Part shown: positions 39,189-47,895 of the stretch, in pieces
How the letters are laid out: each line of letters begins with the position of its first letter
Numbering within the stretch: position 1 is the stretch's first letter
Source: Pseudomonadota bacterium
GTDB lineage: Bacteria; Pseudomonadota; Alphaproteobacteria; Sphingomonadales; Sphingomonadaceae
Direction: 5' to 3'
DNA length: 64,000 bases
Assembly: GCA_046733255.1 (NCBI GenBank)
Contig: JBKPOU010000029.1
Coordinates: 5,714 to 69,713, forward strand
The notes under the pieces: generated by a model
Database searches by the model: none
The model's input: the letters and a program-made list of their open reading frames with translations, nothing else
Told to the model about the DNA's origin: nothing
Program-made: the position numbers and the translations under genes

Positions 39189-42100
39189 TGCCGAGAGGGA
39201 AGATTTGCGCGCTCGACGTGTAAAGAAGCGCCGCCTCGATGTCCCGATCCGGGAAAATCACCGAAAGCGCCCGCCTATACGCGTCCATCTGCAGCCGGTG
39301 CGCGACCGGAATGTCCTCCGCTCGACCGGGCGCTCGGCCGGTTTTGTAGTCCACGACGAGCACTCTGTGCGGCTCGACGACCAGGCGGTCGACGGTGCCT
39401 GCAATCACCCTCCCGTCCGGAAGAGTCGCCGCAATCGGTGCTTCGGCCAGCGATCCCGGTCCGAACAATGCTTCGAAGCGGTCGTCCGATATGACCTCGC
39501 AAACGGTTCGCGCGATTTCTTCGCGGATGTCGGTATGGGCAATCCCGGCTGAGGTCTCGAGCCAACGCAGCGCCGCCTCCTTGCGTTTCTCCACGGCCAG
39601 AGGCGGAAGCCGTTCGAGGAGCGCGTGGATCATCGTCCCGCGCTCGGCGGCGGCCCGCATCTCCGGCGACGGCGGAGGAGCGGCCTCGCGGTCCTCCGCG
39701 AGGGCCGACGGCGCAAGGGGCCGCGGCGGCCTCGCCTCTGGCGGCGCAGGCTCCTTCACCCAGGCCGGAAGCTCTGCTTTCGGAAGATCCACGGATTTTC
39801 GCCGCCGAGCGCTGACGCGTTCGTCGCTTCCATAGACAAGGCTGACGGTCCCGCCCTCCTCGACCGGCGCGGCACCCGCCGCGAAAAGTCCATCCTGGAC
39901 CGCGCGGTGCCAGCAATTGAGGGGCCGCGGGTCCGATCCGTCCGTTTTCGCCCTGGGCGCGACGCCGCTGACGATGAGCTGGTCGGCGGCCCTTGTCAGC
40001 GCGACGTAGAGCAACCGCCAATGTTCCTGCAGGTCCCGAACGTCCTGCTCGGCAAGCATCGTCTCGAACGGCTCGCGCCTCTCCTCCTTCTTCGGTCTCA
40101 GCAGCGGCGCCTTGCCGAGTTCCGGGATGTCGAAGTCCAGCGTGACCGGCGTGCGTCCGAGCTTCGCCGGGTCGGCGGTGGCGTCGGCGACAATCACAAC
40201 CGGCGACTGCAGCCCCTTCGCGCCGTGAACGGTCATCACCCGCACCTCGTTGGCCGGCGCGCCAGGGTCGCGCTGGACATCGACCTCGCCGCGCGAGAAC
40301 CAGGACAGGAAGCGGTCGAGCGAGGCGACTTCGTTGCGCTCGAACTCGATCGCGCTGTTCATCAGCTCGTCGATCGCATCCCCCGACGCCATTCCGAGCC
40401 GGGAGTAGAGCTTGCGCCGTCCCTGCATCGCCCCGGACAGGATTGTTTCCACGAACCGCGATGGAGGCGTGAAGTCCGCGATCCGGAGCAACTCCGCGAG
40501 CTCCTCGTGCGCTCGGCGGAAGGGATCGCCCTGCCCGGCTCTGTCCCTCAGCTCGCGCCAGAGCGGCCCTTCTCGCCCGTAGGCGAGATCGCGAAGCCGG
40601 TCCTGGTCCCAGCCGACCAGCGGGGAGACCAGCAGGTTGGCAAGGCTGAGGTCGTCGTTCGGCTGGACCGCGAAGCTTACCGCCGCCAGCAAATCCTGCA
40701 CTGCGAGCGGATCGTGAAGATGCAGCCTGTCGACGCCCGCCACCGGCACTCCCCGCGCGAAAAGCCTCGCCACGACCAGCGAGGCCAGCTCTCCCCGGCT
40801 CCGGACCAGCACGAGTATGTCGCCTGGCGTAAGCTTCCGCTGCGTCGAGCCAAGGATCGGAGCCTGTTCGACAAGGTCGGCGATCCGGCCGGCCAGGTGA
40901 TCGGCATAGAGCCGGTCGCGCACGTCGACCCAGCGCTCCTCGCCTTCGTCCGAATCCTCGTCGCTGACCTCTGCCGCGAACGGTTGCCAAAGCTCGACCT
41001 TGCCGGGCCGGCCGGAATGATGCGCGACATGCCGGTCAGGAGAACGCGCGAGCCCCAGCGCTTCATGGCCCAGCTCGCGGATGACGGCATCGACGACGTC
41101 CAGGATCGGCTGGGCGGAACGGAAGCTGGCGCCGATCGAGAGGTCGCGGAACTCACGCGGCTCGACCTGCGGCGCGTCCAGGTCCGCCTCGGCGCGCCGG
41201 AGACCTTCGGCGAGCGCCTGATACTTCGCCCGCGCGCGTTCGAATTGCTGCGGGTCTGTCCCCTGGAAGCCGTAGATCGCCTGCTTGAAGTCACCGACGG
41301 TGAACAGGGTCCGCCACCGCAGATCGGCTTCGCTCGCCCCGGAGAAATATTCCTCGACCAGCTTGTCGATGATCTCCCACTGCGCGGCATTGGTGTCCTG
41401 GGCTTCGTCGACGAGGATGTGATCCACTTGCCGGTCGAGCTTGTAGCGCACCCAATCGCCCATTCCGGGTTTCCTCAGGAGGCGACGCGTCCAGTCAATC
41501 AGGTCGTTGAAGTCGGCGACCCCGGCACTTCGCTTGGCGACAGTGTAGGCGGCGGCGAAAGCCTGGCCCGCGCGCAATCCCGCGGCCATGTCCGACGCGA
41601 GACGAGCGCCGCGCTGGACTGCGAGCAGCTCCGATATTGCACTGGCGAGACGGTCGACATGATTGTCATATGCGGCATCGGCCTTGCGCTGGCCCGCCGA
41701 GACTTTTCGAAGCTCGCCCTTCTGGGTGAATACGATCGCCGCAAGATCGGGAAGCGTCGCCGCCCGCTCCGCCGCGGGTAATCCGAGCCAGCGCTCCACG
41801 GTCTCGACGGCGTCTTTGCCGGTCGAGGTGCCCCACGCGCGATTGGCCTCGGCAATCGCTCGAAGAAGGTCGCAGTCGAAGCCGTCGTCGGCGCATCTCG
41901 AGGCGAGATAGTCTTCGACCGAGCCGTCGGGCAGGCGCATCATCCGCCGGACAAACGGCTCGATCGTCTCGGGAGGACCGAATGCCGCCAGCGCCTCGTG
42001 ACGGCTGGCGCATTCGCGCAGATATTCAACCGCGCCAGCTTCGCCGAGCCGCAGGCTGAGGCATTGCACGTCGGCGAGCAGCTGTCTGTTCCCGGTTGCC

Positions 42101-42612
42101 TCCGCGTCCGAGAGCAGGTCCGCGAGAGTCCGGCGGACCAGCTCCTGCTCCGCCCTGCCCTCGACCGGCTGGAACCCTGGCGCGATCCCTGCCTCGTCAG
42201 GAAAGGCTGCCAACAAGGACTGCGCGAAGGCGTGGATCGTCTGGATCTTGAGGCCGCCCGGGCAATCGAGCACCCGAGCGAACAGCTGCCGCGCGCGCCG
42301 GATTGTCGGCGGATCGTTCATCGCCCGGAGGTTCAGCAGGTCAGTGGCGAGGTCGCTGTTCTTGAGCCGGACCCAGGCGGCCAGCCGGGCGCCGATCCGG
42401 TTGGCCATCTCTGCCGCCGCCGCCTTGGTGAACGTCAGGCAGAGGATCGACTCCGGGGCCGCGCCCTGGAGCAGCAGAAGCAACACGCGAGCCGTCAGGA
42501 CCTCTGTCTTGCCGGTTCCGGCCGATGCCGAAAGCGCCGCATGCGCATGCGGATCCGCCGCACTCGCTTGCGCGCCTTCCAGCCGCGGCAATGGCCGAAA
42601 TCGCCCGCTCAT
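39184..42612 (-). CDS. addA: Double-strand break repair helicase AddA
   Basis: ASAGTGKT, LVDEAQDT, VGDFKQAIY, MTVHGAKG, VDYKTG; start re-set to ATG at 42612. Confidence 0.96.
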   Translation of the reverse strand: MSGRFRPLPRLEGAQASAADPHAHAALSASAGTGKTEVLTARVLLLLLQGAAPESILCLTFTKAAAAEMANRIGARLAAWVRLKNSDLATDLLNLRAMNDPPTIRRARQLFARVLDCPGGLKIQTIHAFAQSLLAAFPDEAGIAPGFQPVEGRAEQELVRRTLADLLSDAEATGNRQLLADVQCLSLRLGEAGAVEYLRECASRHEALAAFGPPETIEPFVRRMMRLPDGSVEDYLASRCADDGFDCDLLRAIAEANRAWGTSTGKDAVETVERWLGLPAAERAATLPDLAAIVFTQKGELRKVSAGQRKADAAYDNHVDRLASAISELLAVQRGARLASDMAAGLRAGQAFAAAYTVAKRSAGVADFNDLIDWTRRLLRKPGMGDWVRYKLDRQVDHILVDEAQDTNAAQWEIIDKLVEEYFSGASEADLRWRTLFTVGDFKQAIYGFQGTDPQQFERARAKYQALAEGLRRAEADLDAPQVEPREFRDLSIGASFRSAQPILDVVDAVIRELGHEALGLARSPDRHVAHHSGRPGKVELWQPFAAEVSDEDSDEGEERWVDVRDRLYADHLAGRIADLVEQAPILGSTQRKLTPGDILVLVRSRGELASLVVARLFARGVPVAGVDRLHLHDPLAVQDLLAAVSFAVQPNDDLSLANLLVSPLVGWDQDRLRDLAYGREGPLWRELRDRAGQGDPFRRAHEELAELLRIADFTPPSRFVETILSGAMQGRRKLYSRLGMASGDAIDELMNSAIEFERNEVASLDRFLSWFSRGEVDVQRDPGAPANEVRVMTVHGAKGLQSPVVIVADATADPAKLGRTPVTLDFDIPELGKAPLLRPKKEERREPFETMLAEQDVRDLQEHWRLLYVALTRAADQLIVSGVAPRAKTDGSDPRPLNCWHRAVQDGLFAAGAAPVEEGGTVSLVYGSDERVSARRRKSVDLPKAELPAWVKEPAPPEARPPRPLAPSALAEDREAAPPPSPEMRAAAERGTMIHALLERLPPLAVEKRKEAALRWLETSAGIAHTDIREEIARTVCEVISDDRFEALFGPGSLAEAPIAATLPDGRVIAGTVDRLVVEPHRVLVVDYKTGRAPGRAEDIPVAHRLQMDAYRRALSVIFPDRDIEAALLYTSSAQIFPLGS

Positions 42613-42650
42613 GCTTCCAAACCCGGCTCGAAGCCCATAGAGAAAGCGGA

Positions 42651-42797
42651 ATGACCGAGCGAGACGAAGACGACAGAGCGAGCGAGGAGCGCCGCGCCAA
42701 ATTCGTGAAGGCCGGGGTCGCGGTGGGCATCGGTTCGGCGGCGATCGTCGCCGCTCTGCTGTACGCCTCCAAGGCCAAGAAGAAGCCCCGCACCTAG
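42651..42797 (+). CDS. 48-aa single-TM small protein, antisense within the addB-addA gap
   Basis: MTERDEDDRASEERRAKFVKAGVAVGIGSAAIVAALLYASKAKKKPRT; fills most of the 187-bp gap; its stop lies 2 bp from the addB stop. Confidence 0.6.
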   Translation: MTERDEDDRASEERRAKFVKAGVAVGIGSAAIVAALLYASKAKKKPRT

Positions 42798-42799
42798 GC

Positions 42800-45727
42800 T
42801 CATTTGCGGCCGTACCATTCCTGCAGCCGCATAAGCTGGTCGTAATCGCCATAGGGAGCGTAGGCCGGATTGAGCTTTGCAGTGAACGGCCCATTGCCGG
42901 TCAGCCACTTCGCCGCTGCTTCAGCGAAATTACGGTAGGCGTGGTCAAGGAACTCCTCGGGCCCCATGTCCTTGTCCGCTCGGACGCATTTGCCGAAGCC
43001 GTCGCGATCGCGGACGAGCGACCAATATTCGAAGGCCTCCGGATTGCCTTTGGCATTGGCGAATCCGCCGTCCCTTGCGAGCAGCCCGAGCAGCCCGAGC
43101 TGCAGCGCAAAGCCTGCTTCTATCGCCTTCTTTGCCGGCGGCTTGCCCGTCTTGTAATCGATGATTGCGAGGCCGCCGCCCGGAAGGCGGTCGATTCGGT
43201 CGGCCCGGCCGTGGACGAGGATTCCCGCGAGCGGCACTTCACCTTTTGCTTCGGCCGCGAGCGGCTTCCTGCCGGACGCGCGGTTGTCCCGTTCCAGCCC
43301 GGCCATCCAGTCGATGGCCTCCAACAAGCGTGGCGCCCAGAGCACCCGAAGCATTGGATGAATGGTCTCGTCGGCAAGCAAGGCCTCGGCGCGCGGCCTC
43401 AGCTTTTCAGGGTCGCAACCATCATCTCGAAGCCAGCGCTCGAAAACCTTGTGAACGGCATCGCCTTTCCAGCGCGCACTATGGTCGGCGTCGACTGCAT
43501 CCAGCTCGCGAAGATTTAGGATTTGCTGCGCGTAAAAGGCAAAGGGGTCGGCTTTCAAACGGTCGACGGCCGTAACCGAGATCCGCTTGGGCCTCTGGTC
43601 CGCCGGCGGGCACGGCTCCGGACGGCCCACGGGGTCAGGCGGGCCGGGATCGTCGAGCGCGGCCATCATTCGCTCCAGCCGAAAATCGCGCGGCAACCCG
43701 CCCGCAATCGCATCCAGCCGCAGCCAGAAACGCGACGCCACTGTCGGCGACCGCCCGTCGCGCTTCGCCCGAGTGATCAGCACCTCGCGGGCCCCCAGCG
43801 CGCTCGCGAAATCGTGCGCCGCGAGCCCGATCCGATATTCGAGTCCCGGCAGGCCCAGGTTTGCCCGGATCTTCGGCGCGAGCCACGGGTCGGGCGTCGG
43901 CAAGCCGGGCCATACACCTTCATTGAGACCGCCCAGGATCATCAGGTCGGCTTGCTGTAACCGTGCCTCCAGAAGGCCCCAGATGAAAACGCGCGGGTGG
44001 CCGCCATAAGCCGGGCGAACGCTCCGGCTGGCCAGAAGCTCGCGCAACAATGCGACGGCGTCTTCGGCGCTTACCGGTAGCGCCAGCGCCTGTTCCGCCG
44101 ACTGAAGCTCCGCAAGAAGCTCCGCGGCCATCCGCCCATCCTGCCCGCGCCAGCCGCTGTCGCCGGCCAGCCCTTCGGCGCACGCAACCAGTCGCTCGGC
44201 AAGCGCCGCGAGCGAAATCGCACCGTCCAGCTGGCCGTCGAGCGCCTCGACGAATGGCCGGACCCGCTTCCAGGCCACGAGGCAACCCCGGCAGCCCCGC
44301 TCCTTTTCCTGCTCCTCGAAATGACGCTGCAGCCCCGCAAGTCCTGGAGCCGGCCTCGGCCCACGCAAGGCGCGGTCGAGCAGCCGGACGTCGCCGAGCC
44401 ACTGAAGTCTCTCGTCGCCGGCGCCTCCGACCAGTGGGTGCTTGAGCAGCGCGAGAAGCGGAACAGGGGCCAGCTCTTCGGCCATGGCCGATGCAATCGA
44501 AAGGAGCAGGGTCCCAGGCGGGAGCTCGGACAGCGGCTTTCCGGCGCTGTCGTCCGCGTCGATGTCCCAACGGCGAAGGAGCGCCGTCACACGCCTCGCG
44601 AGCGTCCGGTCCGGGGTCACGAGCGCAGCGGTCTTTGCGGGAGTCTCCAGCGCTTCGCGGATGGCCAGCGCAATGGCCTGCGCCTCGGCCGCCGAGTCCG
44701 GAAGAACCGCTGCACGGATACCCGTCAGCCGCCGCTCGGCCGGCTTCAGGACGCTCCATTTGTCGGAGAATTCCGCGGAAGCGAACGCGTTCGCGACTGC
44801 TCGAGCTCGAAGCGGCGTCGAAGCCGCCAACCCAACCCGCGGCCACAGCCTCACTTCCTCACGAGCTACGCCCATCCGGTCGAGCAACAGCCTGAGATGA
44901 AATTGCGGATGAGTCGCCCCGCCTCGCCCGCTTTCATCGGCTGCCAGCGCCTCCCACTCCGCGTTCGGGAGGATCGAAGCCAGTGCGAGGCCCGGGAGCA
45001 CCACCATCCCGTCCGGCATCGCGGATACGCGGGCGAGCAGGCCGGCGACCGCCGGAGCCGCCGTCGTAATTCCGGCTGCGACCGTAAAGCCCGGCGGAGG
45101 CTCGACTGCCCAGCGCATCGAAAGACGGTGCAGAATCAGGTTGCGTCTCTGGGCGAGGTCGATGCGCCCAAACAGGCCGAGCCGCTTGGGCCAGAGACCG
45201 ATGATCGTCTCCAGTCGGTCGAGTGAGACCTGCCAGTGCCGCGCGAGCTCGGGTGCGTCCGCCGCAGCCTCGGCCAGCTCATGCGGGTCCACCTCCTCGA
45301 TCAGGAGCGCATCGAGCGTCCGCCCAAGCTCGGTCGCCATGCGCAGCGCCTCGACGGCCGTCTCGCCGTCGCCCCGGACGAGCTCCGCAAGCGCCAGCAG
45401 GCGGTGCAGAGGCTCGACGGCGGGCGGCGCGGGATCCTGAAGGTCCGCCGGATCGAGCGCTCCTCCAATCCTCTCCTCCAATTCGGGGTCGCCGACCGGA
45501 ATCAGCCGCGGGAGCACCAGTCCCGAACCGCTCGCACGAACGAAAGCCTCGGTGACGCTTCGAACCGCGCGGTTGTTCGGAAGCAGGATTCTTCCGTTTG
45601 CCAGCGACAGCGGGTCGCGGCCGTATTTCGCGATCAGGCCTGCAACGAGGGAGTCCGCGAACGAGCGGTTGGTCGGGATCGTGAATACGGCGCGGCTACG
45701 CAGGGATTCGGTTTCGCCCTCAGGCAT
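42800..45727 (-). CDS. addB: Double-strand break repair protein AddB
   Basis: LLPNNRA, ALVTPDR, GLLEARL, DPFAFYA, GRADRID...IIDYKTG nuclease motif. Confidence 0.95.
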   Translation of the reverse strand: MPEGETESLRSRAVFTIPTNRSFADSLVAGLIAKYGRDPLSLANGRILLPNNRAVRSVTEAFVRASGSGLVLPRLIPVGDPELEERIGGALDPADLQDPAPPAVEPLHRLLALAELVRGDGETAVEALRMATELGRTLDALLIEEVDPHELAEAAADAPELARHWQVSLDRLETIIGLWPKRLGLFGRIDLAQRRNLILHRLSMRWAVEPPPGFTVAAGITTAAPAVAGLLARVSAMPDGMVVLPGLALASILPNAEWEALAADESGRGGATHPQFHLRLLLDRMGVAREEVRLWPRVGLAASTPLRARAVANAFASAEFSDKWSVLKPAERRLTGIRAAVLPDSAAEAQAIALAIREALETPAKTAALVTPDRTLARRVTALLRRWDIDADDSAGKPLSELPPGTLLLSIASAMAEELAPVPLLALLKHPLVGGAGDERLQWLGDVRLLDRALRGPRPAPGLAGLQRHFEEQEKERGCRGCLVAWKRVRPFVEALDGQLDGAISLAALAERLVACAEGLAGDSGWRGQDGRMAAELLAELQSAEQALALPVSAEDAVALLRELLASRSVRPAYGGHPRVFIWGLLEARLQQADLMILGGLNEGVWPGLPTPDPWLAPKIRANLGLPGLEYRIGLAAHDFASALGAREVLITRAKRDGRSPTVASRFWLRLDAIAGGLPRDFRLERMMAALDDPGPPDPVGRPEPCPPADQRPKRISVTAVDRLKADPFAFYAQQILNLRELDAVDADHSARWKGDAVHKVFERWLRDDGCDPEKLRPRAEALLADETIHPMLRVLWAPRLLEAIDWMAGLERDNRASGRKPLAAEAKGEVPLAGILVHGRADRIDRLPGGGLAIIDYKTGKPPAKKAIEAGFALQLGLLGLLARDGGFANAKGNPEAFEYWSLVRDRDGFGKCVRADKDMGPEEFLDHAYRNFAEAAAKWLTGNGPFTAKLNPAYAPYGDYDQLMRLQEWYGRK

Positions 45728-46481
45728 CCTCTAGGGTCAGCTCCGTTGCCTTGATCGACTGAGGAGTGCCGACGTCGAACCACAACCCCTGATGCACCGC
45801 GCCAAAGCAGCGGCCCTCCTCGATGGCCCGGTCCCAGAGGAGGTTCGTCGAGAAGGGTCCGTCGGGCGCCTCCTCCAGCAGCCGCTTCGAGACCATCTGG
45901 ATGCCGGTGTAGACGAAGGGAGCCACTCGGGAGCGCTCCCTGCGGCGCAAGCGCCCCGTCCGTCCCATGTGGAAATCGCCCATGCCGCGGTGGTTCTCCG
46001 CGCGCGCGTGCGGGACGAGGAGCAGCAGCGCGTCCATCCGCTCGCCATCCCAGTGCGACGCCAACAGCTTCAGCGTGTCGGCCGGGCCGTCGACCCACAG
46101 ATTGTCGCTGTTGACGACGAGGAATGGGTCGGAATCGATCAGCGGCGCCGCCTTCACCATGCCGCCGCCGGTTTCGAGCAGCAGCGACCGCTCGTCGGAA
46201 ATCGCAATGTCGAGCCCGTGCGAATTCTTCGCCAGGTGAGCCTCCACCGCGTCGGCCAGATAATGGACGTTCACAACCACCTTCTCGACTCCCGCAGCGC
46301 GGAGACGCTCCAACAGGTGATCGAGCAGGGATTGGCCCGCAACTTCAATCAGCGGCTTCGGCCGGCTGGCGGTCAGCGGCCGCATCCTCTTACCGAGGCC
46401 CGCGGCCAGCACCATCGCGGTCTTCGGAACGTCGCACGCGATCTCGGCTTTCAGCCGGAGCGCCTTCTTCGTCGTCCTCAT
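45720..46481 (-). CDS. murU: N-acetylmuramate alpha-1-phosphate uridylyltransferase (nucleotidyltransferase)
   Basis: MVLAAGLGKRMRPLT..KPL, LETGGG, WFDVGT; follows amgK; ATG at 46481. Confidence 0.85.
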   Translation of the reverse strand: MRTTKKALRLKAEIACDVPKTAMVLAAGLGKRMRPLTASRPKPLIEVAGQSLLDHLLERLRAAGVEKVVVNVHYLADAVEAHLAKNSHGLDIAISDERSLLLETGGGMVKAAPLIDSDPFLVVNSDNLWVDGPADTLKLLASHWDGERMDALLLLVPHARAENHRGMGDFHMGRTGRLRRRERSRVAPFVYTGIQMVSKRLLEEAPDGPFSTNLLWDRAIEEGRCFGAVHQGLWFDVGTPQSIKATELTLEDA

Positions 46482-47464
46482 GCCGCTTCCGCCCAGGGTG
46501 CAGCGCGGTGTTCCGGCGTGATGTTGAGGTCGAACCAGCGGCGGACCGGCTCGAGCCCGGCCTGCGCCAGGTCGCGCTCGAGAAGCCCCCACATGCGCGG
46601 CTGGAAGGCCGTGTAATGCGGTTTGTTGTCGCGCTTCCACAGCCGGGTGAAGACGCCGAGTATCCTTGTATTTCTCTGCGCCGCCAGCGCCCAATAGGCG
46701 CGCTCGAAAGCCTCCCGATTCCCGGTAGCCGCGACATAACGCTCGATCATTGTCCGCTCGATTTCGGGCGGCACGTCGCGGCGAGCGTCCTCGAGGACCG
46801 ACGCGAGATCGTAGGCAGGATGGCCGGACAAGGCGTCCTGGAAATCGAGAAGCCCGAAGTGCCGGACTCCTTCGCGGCCGCGCACCAGCATCACATTCTC
46901 GGCGTGATAGTCGCGAAGCACCGTCACCGGCCCGAGCCCGTCCTTCGCTACCGGCTCCAGCACCTGCATCCACGCAGACCGGAAGCCATCGACATCGACC
47001 GACAGGCCGAGCGCGGGGCAATACCAGTCCGTGAAGAGCGACAGTTCCTCGAGCCACTGGTCCATGCCGTGGACCGGGAGCCCCTCCATCGGCGGATGCC
47101 GGTGCAGGTGGACGAGAACGTCGGTCGCAAGCTCGTACAGCTCAACCTCGCGCGATGGATCGCTGTCGAGGAATTCGCGCAAACGCCAGTCGCCGAAGTC
47201 CCCGAGAAGCAGCAAGCCATGCTCGATATCGCGAGCGAGGATCTCAGGAGCGCTCAAGCCGACCGAGTGAAGCCATTCGGCCACGGCGACGAACGGTCGA
47301 ACGTCCTCGTGAGCGGGCGGCGCGTCCATCAGCACTGCCGTCCGCGGCCCATCCACGACCCTGAAATAGCGGCGGAACGACGCATCGCCGGCAAGCGGAT
47401 CGACGCGCGCTCCCGGCCAGCCGCATCGGGCAAGGAATTCATGGACTTCTGGAGCTGGAGTCAT
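46478..47464 (-). CDS. amgK: Anomeric MurNAc/GlcNAc kinase (aminoglycoside phosphotransferase fold)
   Basis: LAGDASFRRYFR, LMDAPP, RDYHAENVM, LLDFQDA; tsaE-amgK-murU context. Confidence 0.85.
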   Translation of the reverse strand: MTPAPEVHEFLARCGWPGARVDPLAGDASFRRYFRVVDGPRTAVLMDAPPAHEDVRPFVAVAEWLHSVGLSAPEILARDIEHGLLLLGDFGDWRLREFLDSDPSREVELYELATDVLVHLHRHPPMEGLPVHGMDQWLEELSLFTDWYCPALGLSVDVDGFRSAWMQVLEPVAKDGLGPVTVLRDYHAENVMLVRGREGVRHFGLLDFQDALSGHPAYDLASVLEDARRDVPPEIERTMIERYVAATGNREAFERAYWALAAQRNTRILGVFTRLWKRDNKPHYTAFQPRMWGLLERDLAQAGLEPVRRWFDLNITPEHRAAPWAEAA

Positions 47465-47895
47465 CGCGGAGGCCATCGATCCTGCCATGCCGGAGGGACG
47501 TCAGCTGTCAAGCGCCGAGCGGCGCTTTGCGCGAATTCGAGCGTAAGCCGAAGCGCTTCCGGCCAGGCACTCGCGCCCGCTCGTTCCGCCCACTCGACCA
47601 GCAGCACTGCATCGGACGCCGAGTCCAGCCCGAGCTCGTCGATCTCACCCGCTTCCTCGATCCGGTAAAGGTCGACGTGCCACACCGGCAGCTCCAGCTC
47701 GTCGTACGGCTGAACGATCGCAAAGGTCGGGCTCGGGACCTCGCCTTTATGCCCCAGGGAGCCGAGGATCGCCCTCGCAAGCGCGGTCTTGCCGACTCCG
47801 AGGGGCCCGGAAAGCGCGATCACGTCGCCCCGGCGAAGCAAGGGAGCGAGCTTCTCGCCCAACGCCACTGTCGCCCGCTCGTCGGCAAGGATCAT
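47461..47895 (-). CDS. tsaE: tRNA threonylcarbamoyladenosine biosynthesis ATPase
   Basis: GPLGVGKT, VPSPTF, HVDLYR, VEWAE. Confidence 0.96.
   Translation of the reverse strand: MILADERATVALGEKLAPLLRRGDVIALSGPLGVGKTALARAILGSLGHKGEVPSPTFAIVQPYDELELPVWHVDLYRIEEAGEIDELGLDSASDAVLLVEWAERAGASAWPEALRLTLEFAQSAARRLTADVPPAWQDRWPPR

Noticed and set aside
39625-41781. 718-aa plus-strand ORF (also long ORFs at 36555..38303, 34033..35589, 52127..53638, 10704..12185 and 9085..10374)
   Set aside because: Antisense shadows of addA, secA, putA, the TBDR, ampG and folC, expected in high-GC DNA; no domain motifs.
42614-42640. RpoH promoter for the antisense microprotein (CTTCCA-N14-CCCATAG)
   Set aside because: The -35 is poor and the spacer is 2 bp shorter than in the two good matches.
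42613-42894. ORF-track N-terminal extension of addA overlapping addB
   Set aside because: Low-complexity, non-AddA-like sequence; the helicase motif begins shortly after ATG 42612.
46482-47057. 445-aa version of the nucleotidyltransferase
   Set aside because: The extension overlaps amgK out of frame; the real domain starts at 46481.
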